Source of the DNA: Rhodothermales bacterium
GTDB lineage: Bacteria; Bacteroidota; Rhodothermia; Rhodothermales; VXPQ01
DNA length: 64,000 nt
Direction: 5' to 3'
Assembly: GCA_965117025.1 (NCBI GenBank)
Contig: OZ220746.1
Coordinates: forward strand, 2,357,650 to 2,421,649
Part shown: positions 27,321-35,438 of the stretch, in pieces
How the letters are laid out: every line of letters begins with the position of its first letter
Position numbering within the stretch: position 1 is the first letter of the stretch
Translations under genes and position numbers: made by a program
Notes under the pieces: generated by a model
What the model was told of the DNA's origin: nothing
Databases searched by the model: none
What the model saw: the letters and a program-made list of their open reading frames with translations, nothing else

Positions 27321-28871
27321 ATGCGCCGCCTGCTCGCAGCGTGGCTCCTCGCGCTGAGCCTTCCGATCGCACTCGCTGCGCAGGAAAGACCGCCGAACAT
27401 CGTCTTCTTCATGGTCGACGATTTGGGCTGGAGCGATATCGGCGTCTTCGGCAGTTCGTTCTACGAGACGCCGAACATCGACCGACTTGCCGAGCAGGGC
27501 GTGCGCTTCACGAACGCCTACGCGGCGGCGCATGTCTGCTCGCCCACCCGCGCGGCGCTCATGACCGGCAAGTATCCGGCGCGCTTGCGCTTGACGGACT
27601 GGTTGCCCGGCCGCAGAGAACATGCCTTCGAGCAGATGCTGAGCGCCGAGAAGCTGGCCGCCCTCCCGCTTGAAGAGGTCACGCTGGCGGAGGCCTTCAA
27701 GGAGCACGGCTATCGCACGGCCATCTTCGGCAAGTGGCATCTCGGCACAGGCGAGGCGGGTCCGCTCCACCAGGGCTTCGATGTGCAAGCGCCCGATTTC
27801 CCCGGCTCGACCCCGCGCGGCGGCTACTTTCCGCCCTATCTGATGAAGGGCCTGACGGTCGAAGGAGAGGACGACGAGTACCTGACCGACCGTCTCGCCG
27901 GCTTCGCGGTCGAGTTCATCGAGCAAAGCAGCGAAGAGCCGTTCTTCCTCTACCTCTCGCACTTTTCGGTGCACGACCCGATCGAAGGACGCCCGGATCT
28001 GGTCACGAGGTATCGGGAGAAGCTGGCGCGAGCAGCGCCTTCTGATGGGCCGGCATTTCTCCTCGAGGGCAACCCGGACGATCCCGAGCCGCTCTCACGC
28101 GCCCAACTGGATTCTCTGCAGCAAGAGCCCTCGCATCGGGAGCACCGGGTGCTGCCCCAGCGTACGGTCCCGATCAAGCAACACCAGGACAACGTCGAGT
28201 TCGCGGCGATGGTCACCGCCGTCGACGAGAGCATGGGACGTGTGCTCCGCACCCTTGAGGAACTGGGGTTGACCGAGCACACGATCGTCGTTTTTTACTC
28301 GGACAACGGCGGCATGTCGGCGGCCAACTTCGGCAATCCCGCGAGAGTCGTCAATCCGGACTGGCTGGACGTCGCCTACTCGACCTCGAATCTGCCCCTG
28401 CGGGGAGCCAAGGGCTGGCTGTACGAAGGCGGCATCCGCGTGCCCCTCATCGTGCGCTGGCCGGGCGGGGGGCAGGTCGGCGCGATTCGCCACGAGCCGG
28501 TGATCAGCACGGACTTCTATCCGACCCTTCTCGAGATGGCCGGACTGCCCGCAAGGTCCGACCAGCACGTCGACGGCGTGAGCTTTGCCGCCGCGCTACA
28601 AGGCAGCGCGTTCGAACGCGATGCGATCTACTGGCACTTCCCGCACTACAGCAATCACGGTATGCAGAGTCCCGGCGGCGCCATTCGAGCCGGTCCCTAC
28701 AAACTGCTCGAGTACTTCGAGAACGGCACGGTGCAACTCTTCGATCTGGATAACGACCCTGGCGAGCAGCATGACCTGGCCGCCGGGCAGCCGGCGAAAG
28801 CCGCCGAGCTGCGCGCCCGGCTGCAAGCCTGGCGCGAGTCCGTGTCGGCTGCGATGCCGACGGCTCGTTGA
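27321..28871 (+). CDS. Sulfatase (formylglycine-dependent arylsulfatase family)
   Basis: ORF 27267..28871. The first 18 codons are thiS-derived, so the start is placed at ATG 27321 (MRRLLAAWLLALSLPIALAAQ signal). PNIVFFMVDDLGWSD and the active-site box CSPTRAALMTGK. Confidence 0.85.
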   Translation: MRRLLAAWLLALSLPIALAAQERPPNIVFFMVDDLGWSDIGVFGSSFYETPNIDRLAEQGVRFTNAYAAAHVCSPTRAALMTGKYPARLRLTDWLPGRREHAFEQMLSAEKLAALPLEEVTLAEAFKEHGYRTAIFGKWHLGTGEAGPLHQGFDVQAPDFPGSTPRGGYFPPYLMKGLTVEGEDDEYLTDRLAGFAVEFIEQSSEEPFFLYLSHFSVHDPIEGRPDLVTRYREKLARAAPSDGPAFLLEGNPDDPEPLSRAQLDSLQQEPSHREHRVLPQRTVPIKQHQDNVEFAAMVTAVDESMGRVLRTLEELGLTEHTIVVFYSDNGGMSAANFGNPARVVNPDWLDVAYSTSNLPLRGAKGWLYEGGIRVPLIVRWPGGGQVGAIRHEPVISTDFYPTLLEMAGLPARSDQHVDGVSFAAALQGSAFERDAIYWHFPHYSNHGMQSPGGAIRAGPYKLLEYFENGTVQLFDLDNDPGEQHDLAAGQPAKAAELRARLQAWRESVSAAMPTAR

Positions 28872-28880
28872 GCGCCCGAC

Positions 28881-28952
28881 GCGCCGCGCGTATGCGCAGA
28901 TTTCGTTGCCCATGGAGGGGTGCATGGTGGATAACGCACAGGAGGCCTCGGA
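28881..28952 (+). repeat. Copy B' of the thiG 3' end plus trailer, downstream of the sulfatase
   Basis: gcgccgcgcgtatgcgcagatttcgttgcccatggaggggtgcatggtggataacgcacaggaggcctcggaa aligns with thiG's last codons plus taacgcacaggaggcgtcggaa. It has a 1-nt deletion that removes the in-frame TAA. Confidence 0.8.
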
Positions 28953-29694
28953 AAAGCACCGCACCGGAAGTGCATCCTCGTGGAGTTTGCCCCGGCTCAT
29001 TCTGATCGGGGACGGATTCACAGACCCCGAATGCGCCGACCGGATCGTCGAAGCCGTGAAAGCAGCATCCGGTTGTGTATTCGGAAGACCCTCCGATGAA
29101 GCGGTATCCGATCCTGTTCCTGAAAAAACTCCCGGACAGATCCTGTGGGTGCATTTACGGGATCGTGCGGCGTCCGCTGGTCTTTTCCGGGAATGCGCTG
29201 CCCGTTTAGTCGAACGTTTGCGGAATGCTTCTCCGTCGATTCTGCTTTCCGTAAACGGCCGGCCGGAGGTGGCTGAAGCCTTGCAGTGCGGCTACCATGC
29301 CGGGGTGCGGGATGCGCCGCCGGGGTTTTCGTGCGGGCCCCGGCAACCCTACGGCAGGTCGGCGCACAATCCCGACGAGGCCCGGGCCGCAATGGGGGGA
29401 GATCATCAGAATCATCCCCAATACCTTTTTTTCAGCCCCGTTTTCAATCCGCAGGGCAAGCCCGGGTATACCGGCGCGGGCATCGATGCGCTGCACGATT
29501 TTGTGCACTATGTCCAGGGACGCGTCCCTGTATATGCCCTGGGCGGCGTTACTCCCGAACGGGTAGGGCCTTGTCTTGACGCAGGGAGTTACGGCGTGGC
29601 TGTTTTATCCGGAATTATGCGGGCCGACCACCCCGAAAAAGCGGCCGGTGCCTATCTTAACGCCTTGCGCGCATATTTCGAGGATGTTTCATGA
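28924..29694 (+). CDS. thiE: Thiamine-phosphate synthase family protein (ThiE/TenI-type)
   Basis: TMP-TENI-like C-terminus (YLFFSPVFNPQGKPGYTGAGIDALHDFV...VPVYALGGVTPERVGPCLDAGSYGVAVLSGIM). The start is uncertain: ATG 28912 or 28924 both lie in the thiG-derived repeat. ThiE and TenI cannot be told apart by eye. Confidence 0.65.
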   Translation: MVDNAQEASEKHRTGSASSWSLPRLILIGDGFTDPECADRIVEAVKAASGCVFGRPSDEAVSDPVPEKTPGQILWVHLRDRAASAGLFRECAARLVERLRNASPSILLSVNGRPEVAEALQCGYHAGVRDAPPGFSCGPRQPYGRSAHNPDEARAAMGGDHQNHPQYLFFSPVFNPQGKPGYTGAGIDALHDFVHYVQGRVPVYALGGVTPERVGPCLDAGSYGVAVLSGIMRADHPEKAAGAYLNALRAYFEDVS

Positions 29695-30506
29695 ACGTGG
29701 CCCTTACCATTGCAGGCAGCGACTCCGGCGGCGGGGCCGGCATTCAGGCCGATATGAAGGCCATGCAGGCCCAGGGCGTGTTTGCAGCGAGCGTCGTAAC
29801 GGCAGTCACGGCGCAGAACACGCTGGCCGTGCTGGATGCTTTCGAGCTTCCGCCCGATCTGATCGCAAAGCAGATCGACGCGGTGTACGACGATTTTACG
29901 GTGGGCGCTACGAAGACGGGCATGCTTTCTTCCGCAGCGATCATTGAAATCGTGGCGGAAAAACTTCAGGAGCGCCAGATATCTCCGGTTGTGGTTGATC
30001 CGGTCATGATTTCCAAGAGCGGATTTCCGTTGTTGCGCGACGATGCGGTCGAGACGCTCCGGGAACGGCTTCTGCCGCTTGCCGCGTTGGTCACGCCCAA
30101 TGCGCACGAAGCCCGGCGCCTTACAGGGATCGAGATGGGTTCGGAGGAAGCCCAGCAGGAAGCCGCCGCGGCGATTCATGCCATGGGACCGAGGGCGGTT
30201 CTGGTCAAGGGGGGACATGTGGATGAGCCCGGCGATGCGGTGGATGTGCTGTACGACGGCAAGCGGATGCGTGCGTTTCGCGCGACTCGCATCGCAACGG
30301 GGCACACGCACGGAACGGGCTGCACCTATGCGTCCGCCATTGCTGCGAATCTGGCGCGCGGGTTTTCGCTTAAGGAATCCGTTGCGCGGGCCAAACGGTA
30401 TGTGACCGAAGCCATCCGGCACGCCCCGGCCATCGGACAGGGCCGCGGCCCCGTGAACCATTTTTACTTTCTGAAGCAGGTGGACGTCTTTCCCCCGGCG
30501 GAATAA
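29691..30506 (+). CDS. thiD: Hydroxymethylpyrimidine/phosphomethylpyrimidine kinase ThiD
   Basis: MNVALTIAGSDSGGGAGIQADMKAMQAQGVF..., VVVDPVMISKSG, HGTGCTYASAIAANLA. 4-nt overlap with the preceding gene. Confidence 0.9.
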   Translation: MNVALTIAGSDSGGGAGIQADMKAMQAQGVFAASVVTAVTAQNTLAVLDAFELPPDLIAKQIDAVYDDFTVGATKTGMLSSAAIIEIVAEKLQERQISPVVVDPVMISKSGFPLLRDDAVETLRERLLPLAALVTPNAHEARRLTGIEMGSEEAQQEAAAAIHAMGPRAVLVKGGHVDEPGDAVDVLYDGKRMRAFRATRIATGHTHGTGCTYASAIAANLARGFSLKESVARAKRYVTEAIRHAPAIGQGRGPVNHFYFLKQVDVFPPAE

Positions 30507-30635
30507 AGGGAAGCGATTGCTTCGGTATACTATCGTTCGCTTGCGGTTCGTTGCCCGCTGGATGTTCATAGCATGTCCGCCGTTTTCCCAACCGCCTTTT
30601 CACATTTCGGGGGGTTCTTCCGCTTGGAGACGGAC

Positions 30636-30773
<138 letters not shown>

Positions 30774-30774
30774 C

Positions 30775-32543
30775 TCACTTGACGAGCATCATGGTTCGCA
30801 CCATGATCTTGTCCTGCGCCTGCAACCGGTAGACATAGGTTCCGCTGGGCAAAGACGCTGCGTCGAATACGGAGGCCTGCTTTCCTGCATGCTGCACGCC
30901 GTCAACCAGAGTGGCTACCTCTCGCCCCAGGACGTCGTACACGCTCAGATGTACGTGCCCGGATGCGGGCAAGGCGTATTCGATGGTCGTCGCATGGGTG
31001 AAGGGATTGGGGTAATTCGATGTCAGCGTGGCGGCGCTCGGGAGTTCAGGGGCGGTTTCGTTCGCAACGATCGTAGCGGCGTCGTACTTGGCCACGAACA
31101 TATTCAGGCCGCCACCCCTTTGCTCCAGTTTCTCCGGCCCCAGGTAAAGCGTTCCGTGGAATTTGCCCGCGACATAGAGATCTCCTGAGGGCCCCACTGC
31201 TATGGCCGTGATATCTTGCACTCCCGGTCCGGTTGCGAGGCCGGCCCAGCGCAGATTCCCGTCGGCGTCGTAGTGCGCCACGAAACCATCCTTCCTTGGG
31301 GGCTGTACGTGGTCGGGGGGATGCAGCACCGTGTCTCCAAGCCGGAGCGAGTCGCCGGAAAAGGAGCCTCCTGCATAAACGTGGCCCTGGGCATCTGTCG
31401 CGATGCCGGAGATGCGCAGATTATCCGCCAGGAGTTCTCGGCGCCACAAGAGGGCGCCATCCTGAGAGAATTTTGTGATTGTCGAAGCGCCCGCGGTCAG
31501 GAGATGTCCAGCAGCATCGACGGTAAGGCGATGTAACCCTCTGTCAAAGTCCAGATCACTCCGAGTGCGGACCCAGCGCAGATCGCCCTCAGCGGTAAAA
31601 CTCGCCAGGGCATGGTGCACTTCATTCGGTCCAAATATCACCTCGTTTGGCTGGCCTTCCCCGAACACAACACCCAGACTGTAAAAGTCTCTAACGACGA
31701 GATACGTATTTCCGTCATCATCGACCGCAAAAAGACCCTCCTCTAACAGATCGGGAGCTCCACCACCCATGCGACGGGTCCAGCGGATAGCGCCCTCGGG
31801 CGTATAACTGGCCAGAAAGATATCGGGATGGCCTGATTCACCGTGAAAGCCGTCCCTGGGAAAAGCGGCAAGCGCGTGCGGGCCGGAAAAGAGCGAGTCC
31901 CCGTATCGATATCTATCCCCTTCGTACATGCCGGCGATGTAGATGTTGCCGGCCCGGTCGAGACCCAGGCCATTGATCTCGACGCCTGGTATATCGGCAG
32001 GGTTATCCCCGAGGAAGATGGTCCGGAGCGAGTCGCTGTTGTTGGCATAGGCATTAATCATAATGCCGCCGTGGGAGACATGATAATCAGTTCCCCTGTC
32101 TATATAGGGTGTCCCGTCGTTCGTGTAGATGCGATCGTCTCCGGCTGCTATGCCGTACCCTATGAACGCATTGAAAAATCTCGTTTTTTTACGGGGGACA
32201 GCTCCCGGCCGCTCCCAGCGCAGCGAACCGTCGGCGTCGTAGCTGACAATAAAGCTGTCTTGTACGTAGACATATCCGCCTAGTTGGACGACAGAAGAGT
32301 CTGGTAATACGTGATTAAAATCGGTGTAAGCAGTATCCGAGAGCACCTTGGTTACATATATCTCGTCCTCGTCGTTTACGTCGATGGCATAGGGCAGAAC
32401 ACGGCTGCCTTCCTCCCAGGTGTGCCGAACCCAGGCCGGGGCCGCAGAAGAGGGCGCCGAACTATGAGACTGCCCCTGGCATCTGCAGGAACGAGCAGTA
32501 TACCAGACAACAACACTGCCGCGAGAATCGCTGTATGTCTCAT
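30775..32543 (-). pseudogene. SBBP beta-propeller repeat protein with T9SS CTD, apparently frameshifted between signal peptide and mature domain
   Basis: The listed ORF 30775..32346 starts at an internal GTG and lacks a signal peptide. Upstream, MRHTAILAAVLLSGILLVP (ATG 32543) is in a different frame from the continuing CRCQGQSHSSAPSSAAPAWVRHTWEEG... that matches paralog 32663..34450. The interval 32473..32507 is 2 nt longer than in the paralog. CTD: NYPNPFTHATTIEYALP...YVYRLQAQDKIMVRTMMLVK. Confidence 0.6.
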
Positions 32544-32662
32544 AAGGCCCTCCATTTGTGTTCGTGAAGACGGGACGCGCCCGGTTATTTCATCAACATT
32601 AATGACTTCGTAAATGTTTTTTCAGCGTGAGCATTCGGATGGGTGACCTTCGCAGGGACCGT

Positions 32663-34450
32663 TTACTTCATAAGCGTCATCAGGCCCGTACGCACTTGGC
32701 CCGAGGCTTCGAGACGGTAGACATAGGTCCCGCTGGGCAAAGACGCTGCGTCGAATACGGAGGCGTGCTTTCCTGCATGCTGCACGCCGTCGACGAGAAT
32801 GGCTACTTCACGCCCCAGGACGTCGTACACGCTCAGATGTACGTGCCCGGATGCGGGCAAGGCGTATTCGATGGTCGTCGCATGAGTGAAGGGATTGGGG
32901 TAGTTCGACATCAGCGTGGCGGCGCTTGGGAGTTCAGGGGTTGTTTCGCTTGATGTGATCGTCGCGGCGTCGTATTTGGCCACAAACATGTTTGCTTCAC
33001 CGCCCGTTTGCTCCAATTGCTCCGGCCCCAGGTAAAGCGTTCCGTGGAATTTGCCCGCGACATAGAAATCACCTGAAGGACCCACGGCTATGGCCGTAAC
33101 GACTTGCGATCCCGGTCCGGTTGCAAGCCCGGCCCAACGCAGATTGCCTTCGGCGTCAAAGTGCGCCACGAAACCATCCTCCCCTGAGGGCTGTACGTGG
33201 TTGGGGGAATGCAGCATCCTATCTCCGAGTTGGAGCGGGCCGCCAAGAAAGGAGCCCCCCACATAAACGTGGCCCATAGCGTCTGTCTCAATGCCGGCGA
33301 TATGCACATTATCCGCCAGGAGTTGTTGGCTCCACAGGATCGCGCCATCCTGAGATGATTTTGTGATTGTCGAGCCGGGCTTTAGTCTGGGAAAATCGGA
33401 CGGGCTGGAATGGTGCCAGCCAATCAAGAGATGTCCATCGTCATCGACGGCAAGGCGATGTGGGCTGAGCTCGAACGTGTCGAAGTCCAGAGCATAACGA
33501 GTACGGACCCAGCGCAGATCGCCCTCGGCGTTAAAACTCGCCAGCGGAAAGTCAAAAGAGTCCCAAATACCGCCCTCAAATGTTGCCTCGTTCGGCTGTC
33601 CTTCTCCGAACACAGCATTTCCGCCGGAATACCCGTGGAAATATGTATTTCCGTCGACATCTACAGCAAATTCATCCCTATAGACCAGATCAAGTTCCGA
33701 GCCACCGATGCGGCGGGTCCAGCGGATGGCGCCCTCGGGCGTATAACTGGCCAGAAAGATATCGGCACGCCCCAGTGCACTGAGATAGCGGTCATTTACA
33801 GGAAACCCCGCAAGCGCATGCGGAGCGGAAAAGAGCGAGTCTGCGTGGTATGTGCCGACGAGATAGATGTTGGCGGCCTGATCGAGACCCAAGCCTTGAA
33901 TTCGGACGGGCGTGTATTGAATATTGTCAGGGAACTCCCCGATAAACATGGTCCGAAGCGAGTCGCCATCGGCGGCGGCATACGTATTAATCATAATGCC
34001 GCCCGGATGAATATAACCGTGGGCTTCGGTGTCGAGCGCAATGGGCACCCCCTCGTTCGTGTAGATGCGATCGTTCCGGGCTGCTATGTCGTACCCTGCG
34101 AAAGTATTGAAGAATCTCGTTTCCTCGCGGGGAGCGCTTCCGGCCCGTTCCCATCGCAGCAAACCGTTGGCGTCGTAGCTGACAATAAAATTTCCTTGTA
34201 CATAAACAAAGCGTAGTCCATCATGGTCATAGTGATAGGCGGGGTCTTGGACTACCTTGGTTACATATACCTCGTCCTCATCGTTTACGTCGATGGCGTA
34301 GGGCAAAACGTGGCTGCCTTCCTCCCATGCGTGCCGAACCCAGGCCGGCGTCGTGGAAGAGGGCGCCGAACTATGAGACTGGCCTTGGGCGCACACAGGA
34401 AGGAATAGGATGCCCAACAACATCGCCGCGAGAATCGCTGTATGTCTCAT
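32663..34450 (-). CDS. SBBP beta-propeller repeat protein with T9SS type-A C-terminal sorting domain
   Basis: ORF 32663..34498 trimmed to ATG 34450 (MRHTAILAAMLLGILFLPVCAQG). Repeated ...DGFVAHFDAEGNLRWA..., ...FLASYTPEGAIRWTRR..., ...SFNAEGDLRWVRT... units typical of SBBP repeats. CTD: MSNYPNPFTHATTIEYALPASGHVHLSVYDVLGREVAILV...GTYVYRLEASGQVRTGLMTLMK. Confidence 0.8.
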   Translation of the reverse strand: MRHTAILAAMLLGILFLPVCAQGQSHSSAPSSTTPAWVRHAWEEGSHVLPYAIDVNDEDEVYVTKVVQDPAYHYDHDGLRFVYVQGNFIVSYDANGLLRWERAGSAPREETRFFNTFAGYDIAARNDRIYTNEGVPIALDTEAHGYIHPGGIMINTYAAADGDSLRTMFIGEFPDNIQYTPVRIQGLGLDQAANIYLVGTYHADSLFSAPHALAGFPVNDRYLSALGRADIFLASYTPEGAIRWTRRIGGSELDLVYRDEFAVDVDGNTYFHGYSGGNAVFGEGQPNEATFEGGIWDSFDFPLASFNAEGDLRWVRTRYALDFDTFELSPHRLAVDDDGHLLIGWHHSSPSDFPRLKPGSTITKSSQDGAILWSQQLLADNVHIAGIETDAMGHVYVGGSFLGGPLQLGDRMLHSPNHVQPSGEDGFVAHFDAEGNLRWAGLATGPGSQVVTAIAVGPSGDFYVAGKFHGTLYLGPEQLEQTGGEANMFVAKYDAATITSSETTPELPSAATLMSNYPNPFTHATTIEYALPASGHVHLSVYDVLGREVAILVDGVQHAGKHASVFDAASLPSGTYVYRLEASGQVRTGLMTLMK

Positions 34451-34572
34451 AAGTCCCTCCATGGTGGTTCGTGAAGATGTGTGCTCGTCCCTGGTCACTT
34501 CATCAGCAGCACGGACTTCGTGAACGTTTTTTCAGCGTGAACATTCGGATGGGTGGCTTTCGCAGGGACCGA

Positions 34573-34872
34573 CTACTTCATAAGCGTCATCAGGCCCGTA
34601 CGCACCTGCCCTGAGGCTTCGAGACGGTAGAGATAGGTTCCGCTGGGCAGAGACGCTCCGTCGAATACGGAGGCGTGTTTTCCTGCATGCTGCACGCCGC
34701 TCGGAAGGTTCCCGGCGTCGAAGCGAGCGCGGTGCGTGCCGGCGTGCAACTCCTCCTGGACAAGACGAGTCACCTCTTTGCCCAACACATCGTATACGAC
34801 GAGCTATACCATGGCATCCCCGGGCAGATCGAACAGTATCTCCGTAGACGGATTGAAGGGATTGAGAAAATT
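34573..34872 (-). pseudogene. Chimeric T9SS CTD remnant (lyase-type CTD 5' part with in-frame TAG, fused to SBBP-type CTD 3' part)
   Basis: Minus-strand reading: NFLNPFNPSTEILFDLPGDAMV*LVVYDVLGKEVTRLVQEELHAGTHRARFDAGNLPSGV | QHAGKHASVFDGASLPSGTYLYRLEASGQVRTGLMTLMK. The first part matches the CTD of 35439..38888 and the second part matches the CTD of 32663..34450. There is no upstream cargo domain. Confidence 0.7.
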
Positions 34873-34936
34873 TTGTCGAAGAGAAAATTAACCCGAAAGC
34901 TCCCTGTAGTATTTGTATATAAGTATACAATTTCCC

Positions 34937-35422
34937 TTAAAAGTGTATCCCAAATTTAAGATTCGGTATTACAATTTCACTGGTTATCGCTATATCTGCT
35001 TCCAATGTATATCTAGAAGAATGTGAAAATTTTCTTGTAACGCCTAATAAAACGCCCGCAACAGATTCAGTCTCATCAATACCTCCAGCTGCTATCTCAA
35101 ACCCGATATAAGGGCTCCATGTATTTTTTGAAAAAAGATTATAACGTTCAGTAAAGCGTATATATACGGGATTCAGAACAATAATACTCTGTAATGGATT
35201 ATATCGAAGGCTTACATGTAATGAAGGAATTCCAGTGACGAGAAATAAAATATCAATAGCAGAAACATAAACTCCGAATTCCATGTCTTTTATTATCGGT
35301 TTGGTGATTTGCACAGAAACAGAATCGGTTTGGGCTTCTGCTTTACCCGTTGAGAAAAGCATGACTAACAACAGCACACAGGTATGTGCTGGAAAAGAGA
35401 TGTATCTACGTAAATTCCGCAT
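34937..35422 (-). CDS. Hypothetical small secreted beta-barrel-like protein (AT-rich gene)
   Basis: Signal peptide (CVLLLVMLFSTGKAEAQ), short alternating strands, and a C-terminal ...NLKFGIHF (terminal Phe). Much lower GC than the surroundings. No family recognised. Confidence 0.5.
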   Translation of the reverse strand: MRNLRRYISFPAHTCVLLLVMLFSTGKAEAQTDSVSVQITKPIIKDMEFGVYVSAIDILFLVTGIPSLHVSLRYNPLQSIIVLNPVYIRFTERYNLFSKNTWSPYIGFEIAAGGIDETESVAGVLLGVTRKFSHSSRYTLEADIAITSEIVIPNLKFGIHF

Positions 35423-35438
35423 ATTCGGTGTGATTCTT

